A stretch of 64,000 bases of DNA from positions 1 to 64,000 of IMG/VR virus record IMGVR_UViG_2706795407_000001; one strand, written 5' to 3'. The translations under genes and the position numbers were made by a program. Positions 53,701 through 62,596 of the stretch are shown piece after piece (the first letter of the stretch is position 1; every line of letters begins with the position of its first letter). This stretch comes from a virus. Its lineage: Duplodnaviria > Caudoviricetes. The notes under the pieces were generated by a model. The model did no database searches. It saw nothing but the letters and a program-made list of their open reading frames with translations, and was not told the DNA's origin.

Positions 53701-53775
53701 CGTGGGGGTCGAGAGACCGGTAACGGGCTAGTGAGAGCTGTAGAGGGTCTTACTGCTTCCTGGCCGACCCCCCAT
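53701..53775 (+). other. Structured intergenic element between nrdJ and thyX
   Basis: CGTGGGGGTCG / CGACCCCCATG closing stem, inner AGACC / GGTCT. Confidence 0.5.
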
Positions 53776-53809
53776 GGACTGACCGATAACTAGAGAGGGG
53801 ATTGAGGGT

Positions 53810-54535
53810 TTGAAGGTTGCGCTGATCGCTGCGACACAAATTGATGTTGGCGCGCTCAAGGGTATTGGTTATCGGCCTGCCGATTTCCACGATGATGGTG
53901 ATGATGTTTTCGGCGATTATGATGCGGATGAGCTATCGGAATTCGCTGGCCGCAACTGCTACCGCTCGTTCGACCGGCCCAATCCCGCCACACGGGAGAA
54001 TGCTGACTATCTGAAGCACATCCTCGATGTAAGCCACGAGTCTGTGCTTGAGCACGCCTCGGCTACGTTCTACATCGAGGCCAGCCGGTCGGTGCTGACC
54101 GAGCTAGAGCGACACCGCCACCTGTCGTTCTCGGTTGTGAGTCAACGGTATGTGGACGCGAATAGCCTGCTGTGCAACATACCGCCTGGCATCAACAACG
54201 ATGAGGTAGACCCGGACTTCGACCTCTCGGATCGGATGTGTGATTACTACCAAGACGCGCTGAGGTTCTACAACGAAATTGTTGAGTATCTGACGCGGCA
54301 GGGCAAGTCGCGCAAGCAAGCGCGAGAAGCCGCTCGCTCCGTCCTGCCCAACATGACCGATAGTCCGATGGTCGTCACCGGTAACCACCGGGCGTGGCGG
54401 TACGTGATCAAGGCCCGCTGGCACGAGGCGGCGGACGCCGAGATTCGTGGGTTGGCGGGGGAGTTGTTGAAGCGGTTGCGGGAGATCGCCCCGAATTGTT
54501 ATCAGGATATTCCTGATAAACCGTATTCGTATTAG
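53810..54535 (+). CDS. thyX: FAD-dependent thymidylate synthase
   Basis: HESVLEH, RHRHLSFSVVSQRY (RHR-x7-S), AREAAR, GNHRAW. Confidence 0.95.
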   Translation: MKVALIAATQIDVGALKGIGYRPADFHDDGDDVFGDYDADELSEFAGRNCYRSFDRPNPATRENADYLKHILDVSHESVLEHASATFYIEASRSVLTELERHRHLSFSVVSQRYVDANSLLCNIPPGINNDEVDPDFDLSDRMCDYYQDALRFYNEIVEYLTRQGKSRKQAREAARSVLPNMTDSPMVVTGNHRAWRYVIKARWHEAADAEIRGLAGELLKRLREIAPNCYQDIPDKPYSY

Positions 54536-54629
54536 GGGCGTGGTTAATGCGACTTCTGCTGCTTCCCGTGTTGATAGTTACCGCTGCTGTTCATTCCGCT
54601 AGCGGCTGGGTCCTAAAAAAGCTGGAGGG

Positions 54630-54818
54630 GTGGATGTGAAACATTCTGACGATGGCCTGCTAAGCCCGCCATTTGAGGGCAGGGTGTTTGTGGGGTGCGG
54701 CGCTATCTACCGCCTGGGCGATGGTCCTATCCACATTCTCGACAGGGTAGTGGGGGAACCCGATTATATCGGCAAGCATCGCCTCGAAGGGGCACCATTC
54801 GCGACAGACCGAAAATGA
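54630..54818 (+). CDS. Hypothetical protein
   Basis: ORF track, operon orientation. Confidence 0.45.
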   Translation: MDVKHSDDGLLSPPFEGRVFVGCGAIYRLGDGPIHILDRVVGEPDYIGKHRLEGAPFATDRK

Positions 54819-54831
54819 TGGGGGGAGTGCT

Positions 54832-55401
54832 TTGCCGTTAGAGTTCCGTTGCCGTTCAGGTCCGCGCTGCATAGCCAAAACCCCCGACGGCGCGGCACTA
54901 GTATCCCGCGACACCCTTTGTCACCAATGCTGTTCCTACATTCAGTCAATGTTGGATGAGCTGCCCAAAATTCTTCATGTCCTGCCAGCGTGGAAGGGCG
55001 GCATTGGCGGGGAGTCAGGGGAGGCTAAGGTGTCGTCCTCAAAGAATGCGCCGCCTTGCCCGTTGAGGGTGGAGATTGTGGATTTGGAGTGCGAGATTCG
55101 CGCGGCGCTCCGCCACATCAAAAAAACCCGCATTGTCGATCTAGTCAATATGCAGGATGGTTTCTATTGGGCTTTCGTCGTCAGGAAACTGTACGAGAAG
55201 GCCGATAAGGCTATTGGGTTGACTAGGCATTGGTCGCCGCGCCTGGCCCCTTGCCCAGGGTGTGAACAGAGAACTTTGGGCAACTGGGCGGGGAATGACA
55301 TTATCAACTGTCAATCGTGCGGGACTGTTTTGTCCCGCGATGAGTACATCAAGCACACTTTGCAGATTGTTGCAAGCCAGAAAGGCAAACCGAGAAAATG
55401 A
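54832..55401 (+). CDS. Zn-binding hypothetical protein
   Basis: CRSGPRC, LCHQC, CPGC, CQSC. Confidence 0.7.
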   Translation: MPLEFRCRSGPRCIAKTPDGAALVSRDTLCHQCCSYIQSMLDELPKILHVLPAWKGGIGGESGEAKVSSSKNAPPCPLRVEIVDLECEIRAALRHIKKTRIVDLVNMQDGFYWAFVVRKLYEKADKAIGLTRHWSPRLAPCPGCEQRTLGNWAGNDIINCQSCGTVLSRDEYIKHTLQIVASQKGKPRK

Positions 55402-56102
55402 GTCTCAGTAACCCTCGCGCCACCGTCAGTCCCGTCAAGAAGCATTTCCGGTTCAAGGGGCAGACCGGTGAAATCGCGTACTACGATAAGGACGCTAAGC
55501 AGGAAGTGAAGGTGGAAACCCCCTTCAGATTCACTGTGCTCGATGTCACGTCCTCTATCCGGGGTTGGGATGATAATTCCCAGTCAGGAGTGTGGGCGAA
55601 CGAGGTCCGCGACCTGCGATCCGACATTCTGCGTGTCCGCTCCAAGGGGGGGCTTATCGCCGAAGGTTTATACGCCACGATCAAGGAACGTGTGCGTGGT
55701 CGCGGCGGAAAATTCGCCAACATCGCCTACATCGCCTACAAGGACGGCGACGAACTGGCCATCGGAACTGTCACGTTCGTTGGTTCGTCCCTGTCGGCGT
55801 GGATCGAGTTCACGAACGGTCGCCGGATCGACTCTGATCCCGGCGTGGTGATCAAGGGGTTCGCGGAACAGAAGAAGGGCGCGACCACCTATTACTCGCC
55901 CCTGTTTGAACGCATGGACGTGTCGGGGGAGACGTTGCAGCGGGCATCGGACCTGGATGTGGAGTTGCAGGCGTATCTGAGTGAGTCGCTGAAGGCCCAG
56001 GATGAGGTTGCGCCGCAGGAGCCGCGCGACGAATCGCCGTGGGGCCAGGTTACGGGCTCGTTTGGTGGCGGTGCAGACCTGACGGCGGCTGCCCCCTTCT
56101 GA
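55398..56102 (+). CDS. Putative single-stranded DNA-binding protein
   Basis: Beta-rich core, acidic flexible tail ending in PF, located in replication region. Confidence 0.5.
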   Translation: MSLSNPRATVSPVKKHFRFKGQTGEIAYYDKDAKQEVKVETPFRFTVLDVTSSIRGWDDNSQSGVWANEVRDLRSDILRVRSKGGLIAEGLYATIKERVRGRGGKFANIAYIAYKDGDELAIGTVTFVGSSLSAWIEFTNGRRIDSDPGVVIKGFAEQKKGATTYYSPLFERMDVSGETLQRASDLDVELQAYLSESLKAQDEVAPQEPRDESPWGQVTGSFGGGADLTAAAPF

Positions 56103-56161
56103 CCTGTCGGTGGGGCGCGCACACCACAATCACGCGCAACAAACTTTCATAGAGGAGGATC

Positions 56162-56917
56162 GTGCGCCAGTTTTCAACATGCGCCACGTGTGGCGACATC
56201 CTGCAAGTCACATGGGTGGGGCAACTCACTCACCCCACATGCAAACAGACAGATGAAGAGGTCAAACTTCGGGCGTTCGTGGATGCAGCACAGCGCGGCG
56301 ACGATAAGGCAGCAGACAAGTTGGCATCCGAGTTGAACGAATCTGCACCTGCGGTCTCGCTGGGTTCCGCCGCCTTGTGGTACGCGAGCGTTGGGTGGAA
56401 GGTATTCCCTTGCGCAGTCGGTGGGAAATTGCCTGCGATTCCCTCGGCCCACCGTAAGGGTGACCCATTGGAGGGACGGTGCCAGGGCGAGTGCGGGCAG
56501 CTGGGGCACGGCTTGTATGACGCGACTTCCGACCCCAATCTCATCAAACAGTGGTGGAGCACGCGGGACTACAACATCGGCATCCGCACCGGGCTCACGT
56601 TCGACGTTATCGACCAGGATGGCCCCGTCGGCGTGAAGACACTCGCCATGTGGAGCGACGAAGGAAGCCTGCCCGATGTTCACGGAAAGGTTTCTACCAC
56701 CCGCGAGGATGGCGGAATGCATCTCTACATTCTCCCCACAGGCGCGGGAAATAAGGCGCGGATGGATAAACATGAGAACCCTCCTGGCGGGATCGATTAT
56801 CGCGGCCAGGGTGGATATGTATTAGCTCCTCCGTCGATCGTTGACGGGAAGCGGTACACATGGATGTCTAAACCTTCGCCCGAGATTATGGGGAGGGCTC
56901 ATGCGCAAGCTTCGTGA
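56162..56917 (+). CDS. Bifunctional DNA primase/polymerase (Prim-Pol N-terminal domain)
   Basis: WKVFPC...KLP, GLYDATSD, NIGIRTG, DVIDQD, GMHLY, IDYRGQGGYVLAPPS. Confidence 0.9.
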   Translation: MRQFSTCATCGDILQVTWVGQLTHPTCKQTDEEVKLRAFVDAAQRGDDKAADKLASELNESAPAVSLGSAALWYASVGWKVFPCAVGGKLPAIPSAHRKGDPLEGRCQGECGQLGHGLYDATSDPNLIKQWWSTRDYNIGIRTGLTFDVIDQDGPVGVKTLAMWSDEGSLPDVHGKVSTTREDGGMHLYILPTGAGNKARMDKHENPPGGIDYRGQGGYVLAPPSIVDGKRYTWMSKPSPEIMGRAHAQAS

Positions 56918-57137
56918 CAGACTGCTAGATTTGCCTGGGCCTTGGTGGACTATTTCGGCGTGCAAACCGTTCTCGCCGGTCTGTTTACTTGAGACGGTTT
57001 TGATGGAATTGTTTCCTATGACGTTCGGGTTTCATTCGCGCAATGTGAGTCATTATCGTGATACGTGGGTGTCTCGTTGGCATGACTGGTCTGTGGATAG
57101 GTATTGGCAGCGGAAGTACCCGGAGGGTTACGAATAA
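56901..57137 (+). CDS. Hypothetical protein
   Basis: RBS GGGAGGG before ATG 56901. Confidence 0.5.
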   Translation: MRKLRDRLLDLPGPWWTISACKPFSPVCLLETVLMELFPMTFGFHSRNVSHYRDTWVSRWHDWSVDRYWQRKYPEGYE

Positions 57138-57241
57138 TGGAATTTCAACTTGCGATGATCACTACATCGCTGGCTATCATCAGTCTCATTCTGTGCTGTA
57201 TCGTCTTTAAGCTTCAGGACCTTATTGAGGTACTGCAATGA
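57137..57241 (+). CDS. Tiny membrane peptide
   Basis: Read by hand, 34 aa, hydrophobic, coupled on both sides. Confidence 0.45.
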   Translation: MEFQLAMITTSLAIISLILCCIVFKLQDLIEVLQ

Positions 57242-57465
57242 ACGAGCTTTATGGCCTGGAGGCATCACTCCGAAAAGAGATTGATCGGCTAGTTGACGAC
57301 ATGCGGTTAGGCAACCCATACAGTACGGACGCTTTCTCGTGGGGCGGCGACTCAAGATTTTTCGATTCATGTTTACCGAAGAGAGAGCATTCAATATCAC
57401 GCTGGAGCCGCTTCCCACGTTCGATGAGCTTTGGGAGGCTGCGTGAGGAGACTTTGAATGATTAG
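57238..57465 (+). CDS. Hypothetical protein
   Basis: Coupled ORF. Confidence 0.5.
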   Translation: MNELYGLEASLRKEIDRLVDDMRLGNPYSTDAFSWGGDSRFFDSCLPKREHSISRWSRFPRSMSFGRLREETLND

Positions 57466-57682
57466 CGACCTGTCTAAAGAAGAACTTGAAGCGCTCGCTA
57501 AAGCGGTGGATTTGTGGGACCAGATTTGCTCCGTTCTATCCAAGGTTGAGGCTTACCCCCGTAACGGCTCTGTGCTGCATATTGACACAGAACGTCAACC
57601 AGGCCACCTGGGGTGGATTGGCTACTCAGATAGTGGGGTGGTGGCGTTTCAGCCTTCGGAGGCCGACCTTGAGATGCGATAG
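57458..57682 (+). CDS. Hypothetical protein
   Basis: Coupled ORF. Confidence 0.55.
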   Translation: MISDLSKEELEALAKAVDLWDQICSVLSKVEAYPRNGSVLHIDTERQPGHLGWIGYSDSGVVAFQPSEADLEMR

Positions 57683-57812
57683 GTGCGGTGCCCGAGCCTT
57701 GTGGCAAGCAATCTTGCGCAGTGGTAGGGAATTGCTTTTTTGCGGTCACCATTACCGTGAGCATGAGGTGGGGTTGACTGCTAAGGGTGCTGAGATTAAG
57801 GCGGTGCTTTGA
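57669..57812 (+). CDS. Small Zn-binding protein
   Basis: CDRCGA...ELLFCGHH pattern common in actinobacteria. Confidence 0.6.
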   Translation: MRCDRCGARALWQAILRSGRELLFCGHHYREHEVGLTAKGAEIKAVL

Positions 57813-58090
57813 CCGAGAGTCTTATTGCAGAGGTTCGCGCGGCGCTAACACATAAAGTCCCTGGCGTCGGAGATGTTCCAGCATTTAATATCAGGGCTGA
57901 ACTCGCGTCTCGCTTATTGGCTGCGCTTGTCGAATCCGAGACGGATCGTGCTGACGCGATCGCATCGGCTAACGATTGGGCGGAGCTGTATGCGGATGTT
58001 TGCGACGAACGAGACGCCTACAAGCTCGAAATCGAACGCTTAAGGGCAATGCAGCGGCTTGACGTTAAAAGTCCGTCTACGGGGCAATGA
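57809..58090 (+). CDS. Hypothetical protein
   Basis: Coupled ORF. Confidence 0.6.
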   Translation: MTESLIAEVRAALTHKVPGVGDVPAFNIRAELASRLLAALVESETDRADAIASANDWAELYADVCDERDAYKLEIERLRAMQRLDVKSPSTGQ

Positions 58091-58099
58091 GAGGGCAAT

Positions 58100-58288
58100 A
58101 TGAGACTGCTGAGACTCGTCGCAACACTGGAACTGGACGAGAAACTGTTCCCCGCCGATGATGACGAATGGTTGATTGATTGGGTTTTGCAAAATCCCGC
58201 CAACCAGAAAGAATGGTTATCCCTGTTCTCTGCCGATGTCGGCGACATGTTGGGTGAAGTGTCTGTGGAATCGGTGTCAGAAGGCTGA
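58100..58288 (+). CDS. Hypothetical protein
   Basis: Acidic small ORF. Confidence 0.55.
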   Translation: MRLLRLVATLELDEKLFPADDDEWLIDWVLQNPANQKEWLSLFSADVGDMLGEVSVESVSEG

Positions 58289-58346
58289 CCTAATCGCGCG
58301 CGCCCCGCATATATAGAACTTTGACAACAAAATCATTGGAGCTTCT

Positions 58347-59243
58347 ATGGCTAAACTAACCATTTCAGGCACAATTCCGGTAGCCCAGTACGCAAACGTA
58401 ACCCCCAGTTTCGACGTAGAAGCCGATACACACGAGGCTGCGGTAGAACTAGGGCTGAAGCAGCTCCAAGCCATCTGGGACCGCGTGGGACAGAAGCCTC
58501 TGGAGGTCCGTGGCGAGCAGCCTGCAGATCGACCGATGGGCAAGGTCTACACCTGTGTAGCATCGGGGACTAAGGTCTCGTTCGATAAACGTTCTCATCT
58601 TTACGGTGATGGGAAATGGTTGTCGGGGTCGAAGTTTTGCAGCATGTACAAGGCTGAGTTCCCGGCTGAACTTATCTCTCAGAAGATGGCTGACAAGACC
58701 GGAGGCAAGGTTACCGCTGAGGATATCCGCGCCATGTGGGCAAAGAAAGGTGAAGCCTCGTCGTCCTACGGCACCGCTTTGCACGCGGCCCTAGAGTTGT
58801 ACGGGGTGTACCGCAACGTTTCGTTGGCAGTGAAGGGCAGCCTCGAATCATGCCTGCATGACAATCCAGGTTTGACGCATGTTGTGGAGAAGTTCTTTGA
58901 AGGCCGTGATGATGAGGTTGCCTTGTATGAGGCGTTCGTTGCGGACGAGAAGCGTCGCATGTGTGGGTTCATTGACCGGTTGCAGCGGGTGGGTGAGAAG
59001 TCGGCGCGAGTCCAGGACTTCAAAACCAACACTTCCGTGCTGGGTAAAGAAACCATCCTAGAACCGTTCAAGGATAAGGTTCCGAACACTACTCTCGGAT
59101 CGTATTTCCTTCAGCTCTCGTTCTACGCGAACATTCTTATCGGTCATGGTTGGGAGGTTCCGGGGATTGATGTTTTCCACTGGGATGGGAACGAGTGGGT
59201 TACGTACAGTTCGGATGTGGTCGACATTTCAGAGGCTCTGTGA
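58347..59243 (+). CDS. Cas4/RecB-like PD-(D/E)XK exonuclease
   Basis: YGTALHAALE, GFIDRL, VQDFKT, YFLQLSFY. Confidence 0.85.
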   Translation: MAKLTISGTIPVAQYANVTPSFDVEADTHEAAVELGLKQLQAIWDRVGQKPLEVRGEQPADRPMGKVYTCVASGTKVSFDKRSHLYGDGKWLSGSKFCSMYKAEFPAELISQKMADKTGGKVTAEDIRAMWAKKGEASSSYGTALHAALELYGVYRNVSLAVKGSLESCLHDNPGLTHVVEKFFEGRDDEVALYEAFVADEKRRMCGFIDRLQRVGEKSARVQDFKTNTSVLGKETILEPFKDKVPNTTLGSYFLQLSFYANILIGHGWEVPGIDVFHWDGNEWVTYSSDVVDISEAL

Positions 59244-59267
59244 TGTTGTCCTGTAAACTGTCGCTCT

Positions 59268-60608
59268 ATGGAGGAATACGTGGAGAAGAGTAACGGTCGT
59301 AGATATATCGGCAGTGATGTCTACACTGAGGCGCGTAAGCGTATCGCGTGGACGTTCGACAACTTCGAGCGGGTCTACCTGTCATTCTCCGGCGGTAAGG
59401 ACTCAGGTGTTCTCCTCAACCTCGCGTTGCAGCACATGGAGGAGACGGGCGAGACACGCAAGCTCGGCATCCAGATCATGGACAATGAAGCCAACTATGA
59501 GTTGTCCCTAGAGTTCATGCACCGCATGATGCGTAAGCATGCCGACAAGCTGGACATTTATTGGTGCTGCCTGCCCATCACGCTTCCCTGCACGGTGTCC
59601 AGTTATGCGGTGGACTGGCAGTGTTGGGGGGAGCAGGATAAGGACCGCTGGATACGTCCAATGCCTACCGATCCGTACATTGTTAACCTGGAGAACCATC
59701 CGTTCCCGTTCTTTAAAGAGAACATGCATTATGATGCGTTTTGGGATGGTTTCTCTGAGTGGTATTCGCAAGGTAAGTCGTGCGCGAACATGATCGGCAT
59801 TCGCGCGTCAGAAAGCCTGAACCGTTTCCGGGCGATCATGAACGACCGGAAAGAAATGCTCGGCGGACACTACTGGACCAAACGAAACACCGAACACACT
59901 TACAATGTGTACCCAATCTACGATTGGAAAGGTGAGGATATTTGGATCGCCAACGAAAAGTTCGACTGGGACTACAACAAGCTGTACGACATCTTCTACA
60001 AGGCGGGGATTCCGCTCAGTAAGATGCGTGTGGCGTCACCGTTTATGTCCGAGTCGAAGAGTTCGCTGGGGATGTATCGGGTGATTGATCCGCACGTGTG
60101 GGCGAAGCTGTGTGCCCGCGTTGGTGGGGCGAACTTTGTCGCCCAATACGGTAAACAGTTGTCTTACCGCTCGTTCACCCTCCCGAAGGGGCACACGTGG
60201 GAGTCGTTCACGAAGTTCCTCTTGGATACCCTGCCGGAAGAGGTGGCCGCAAATTTTAGGCAGCGCTTCGACCAATCGATTGAGTTTTGGGGCTCGGTCG
60301 GGCGCGGACTCCCCGAGGACATCATTGCCGACCTGGACCGCATTGGTGTAGATTACCGGATCAACGGCACCACACCGCACGGCGGCAATCATTTGCGTCG
60401 AGTGGTGATTGAGGTTCCGCCGGATCATTTGGATGAACTGCGAGCCCACCCCAGCATGGTTACTAGCTGGAAACGGTTTGCGATCACGATTCTGAAAAAT
60501 GATCACACCTGCAAATATCTGGGTCTGCAGCCTACGCAGGAGCAGCAGGCTAGGCAGAAGCAGATTCAGGCCAAGTACAAGTCACTGAATGGGAGGGCGA
60601 CTAAATGA
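59268..60608 (+). CDS. ibrA: IbrA-like PAPS-reductase/PP-loop protein with DUF3440-type C-terminus
   Basis: SFSGGKDS PP-loop, GIRASESLNR, YPIYDW, MRVASPF, SWKRFAITILKND. Confidence 0.9.
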   Translation: MEEYVEKSNGRRYIGSDVYTEARKRIAWTFDNFERVYLSFSGGKDSGVLLNLALQHMEETGETRKLGIQIMDNEANYELSLEFMHRMMRKHADKLDIYWCCLPITLPCTVSSYAVDWQCWGEQDKDRWIRPMPTDPYIVNLENHPFPFFKENMHYDAFWDGFSEWYSQGKSCANMIGIRASESLNRFRAIMNDRKEMLGGHYWTKRNTEHTYNVYPIYDWKGEDIWIANEKFDWDYNKLYDIFYKAGIPLSKMRVASPFMSESKSSLGMYRVIDPHVWAKLCARVGGANFVAQYGKQLSYRSFTLPKGHTWESFTKFLLDTLPEEVAANFRQRFDQSIEFWGSVGRGLPEDIIADLDRIGVDYRINGTTPHGGNHLRRVVIEVPPDHLDELRAHPSMVTSWKRFAITILKNDHTCKYLGLQPTQEQQARQKQIQAKYKSLNGRATK

Positions 60609-61504
60609 AGGTGATCAAGGGGAGTGACCTTGAGTCGATGGGTCGGGCGATGGAGTTCACGCCAGGCGGATTCTTTAGTCACCGGTTTCTGCTGGAGGAG
60701 GATGGCCTCGGCTATACTGTGACCCGCACTACGATCCCTGAGTGTCAGCCGCAGCGCTGGCATTACCCCGACCATCTTGAGTCTTGCTACTGCGTTTCCG
60801 GTGTTGGTGAGCTGGTCGATTTGAAGACTGGTGAGAAGCATCGGATCGAACCTGACACCCTTTATGCGCTCGATAAGCATGATGAGCACACTTTTCAGGC
60901 CATCGGCGGGCCGGTAACACTCATCTGCATGTTCACCCCCGCTCTGCGGGGGAATGAGGCGCATAAGGACGGGCACGACTACCGGAGCGATCTGTCGCCC
61001 GTGTACGCGGTGCGTTCCGTTCCCATTGAGAAGGTGACGGCGAACGATTACAACCCCAACAGTGTTGCCCCGCCCGAGATGGAACTGCTGGAAACGTCCA
61101 TCTGGGAGGACGGTTACACTCAGCCGGTTGTCACGGTGTACGACGAAGAGAATGACAAGTACATCGTGGTTGACGGTTTCCACCGTTACCTCACACTGCG
61201 GAACTCTGAACGTATCCGCGAGCGCGAGCGTGGAATGCTGCCGGTGGTGGTGCTGCGTAAAGATATGTCGGATCGCATGGCTTCGACCATCCGCCATAAC
61301 CGTGCGCGCGGCTCTCACAACATTGAACTCATGTCGCAGATCGTGGCCGAACTGGTCGAAATGGGCAAGGGCGATAGATGGATCTGCCAACATATCGGCA
61401 TGTCGCCAGACGAGCTACTGAGAATGAAACAGGTCACCGGCCTCGCATCCTTGTTCGCAAACAGGGAGTTTTCCGAGGCGTGGGAGCCGGAGAGTGACGA
61501 GTAA
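60605..61504 (+). CDS. ibrB: Fusion of ectoine-synthase (EctC)-like cupin and IbrB/ParB-like domain
   Basis: N-terminal RFLLEEDGLGY, HLESCYCVSGVGE, YALDKHDEH, FTPALRGNEAH; C-terminal ANDYNPN, DGYTQPVV, VVDGFHR, STIRHNRARG. Confidence 0.88.
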   Translation: MKVIKGSDLESMGRAMEFTPGGFFSHRFLLEEDGLGYTVTRTTIPECQPQRWHYPDHLESCYCVSGVGELVDLKTGEKHRIEPDTLYALDKHDEHTFQAIGGPVTLICMFTPALRGNEAHKDGHDYRSDLSPVYAVRSVPIEKVTANDYNPNSVAPPEMELLETSIWEDGYTQPVVTVYDEENDKYIVVDGFHRYLTLRNSERIRERERGMLPVVVLRKDMSDRMASTIRHNRARGSHNIELMSQIVAELVEMGKGDRWICQHIGMSPDELLRMKQVTGLASLFANREFSEAWEPESDE

Positions 61505-61868
61505 GCAGATATACAGGATCACATATCCGAACGGGAAAATCTATGTCGGCATGGACTTGACCGGGGACCGGTTGTACATCGGCAGCCCCAGTCTTCGGTC
61601 AGTCATTGCCGACGACCTCGGTATTGATCCGAACGTTTTCCCGAAACGTCCGTTAGCTCGTTCGACCGTTGTCGACGGGGCGGAGGATGACTACACGCTT
61701 TCGTTCCCGAATTTGGGTTTGACGTTGCGGAAGGAAATCCTTTGGGAGTCTGACGACGCGTCGGACGACGAGGTGCGATCCATGGAAATGGAGTTGATTC
61801 GCGCCACCAGGGCGTGCGACCCCGATATCGGGTATAATCGATCCCCCCGGAGGTGGATTGAAACTTAA
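61494..61868 (+). CDS. Stand-alone GIY-YIG-like nuclease
   Basis: IYRITYPNGKIYVG, E-x-ELI, IGYN. Confidence 0.75.
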   Translation: MTSKQIYRITYPNGKIYVGMDLTGDRLYIGSPSLRSVIADDLGIDPNVFPKRPLARSTVVDGAEDDYTLSFPNLGLTLRKEILWESDDASDDEVRSMEMELIRATRACDPDIGYNRSPRRWIET

Positions 61869-62256
61869 ACAAGTCTGGCATCCCGTTCATCAATGGGAAG
61901 AGGTGGCCCACAACATGTGGGGCAAGGTTGACGACAGGGCAGCCTACCTCGAAAAAGCCATACAGTTCACGGGCAACCACGAACTGTATGGCTTTTTTAT
62001 GCGCAGGGTATGCAAGGAATGGCCTATCAGCACCGAAAACGCGTTCACCGATCCCCACTTGAACCATAAGGCGTGGGTGGGCCATGCGGCGTGCGCGCTA
62101 GCCATGGGGTGTCCAGAGGATATAGTTCGTAAAGCGTGGAGTTACTTGTCGGATGAGCAAAAACTATTGGCAAATTCAGAAGCAAGCGCAGCAATATCCG
62201 ACTGGCGTAGGGCCTACATCGCGAATAAAGGCCTATGTGAAGATGTGGCAGGATAG
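61858..62256 (+). CDS. Hypothetical protein of the Ibr module
   Basis: WHPVHQWEE, WPISTENAFT, NHKAWVGHAAC, VRKAW; overlaps both neighbours. Confidence 0.75.
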   Translation: MKLKQVWHPVHQWEEVAHNMWGKVDDRAAYLEKAIQFTGNHELYGFFMRRVCKEWPISTENAFTDPHLNHKAWVGHAACALAMGCPEDIVRKAWSYLSDEQKLLANSEASAAISDWRRAYIANKGLCEDVAG

Positions 62257-62443
62257 ATGCTACGGCGACAACATCCCCGATGAGCTGCCGGATGGACTAT
62301 TGTGGTCGGGTCGAGCCCCCTCGTGGAAAGCTATAGCGATTTGTCTTCTGCGGAATGATTTCAGGTTGCACAAGTTGGGGTACACGACCGAGCCTGGCGA
62401 TTGGGCTCGGGCTGCCTTGGAGATGGCGAAGCGCAAGGGGTAG
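62153..62443 (+). CDS. Small paralog of the IbrA (DUF3440) C-terminal domain
   Basis: YVKMW...IPDE...PSWKAIAICLLRND..LGY parallels SWKRFAITILKND..LGL in IbrA; start uncertain. Confidence 0.7.
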   Translation: MSKNYWQIQKQAQQYPTGVGPTSRIKAYVKMWQDRCYGDNIPDELPDGLLWSGRAPSWKAIAICLLRNDFRLHKLGYTTEPGDWARAALEMAKRKG

Positions 62444-62596
62444 ACGGGTTGTGGGCGCATCCGCACTTGGGGCAGGATTCGCCGAGGAGGCGACCATCTT
62501 TCAGGTACATCCATCCCAGTGTGACCATGGCTTCATCTTATCGTGCGGGTGGGCAAAAGAAAATCCCCCTAACCGTTTGGGGCTAGGGGGATTTTC

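Noticed and set aside
58347-59243. Cas4-like gene as sign of a CRISPR system
   Set aside because: No repeat-spacer array or other cas genes seen; solo Cas4/RecB-like nucleases are common in mycobacteriophages
60605-60982. Complete ectoine biosynthesis as auxiliary metabolism
   Set aside because: No ectA/ectB seen, and the domain is fused to ParB within the Ibr module
60566-61393. 275-aa minus-strand ORF
   Set aside because: Antisense to the cupin-ParB gene
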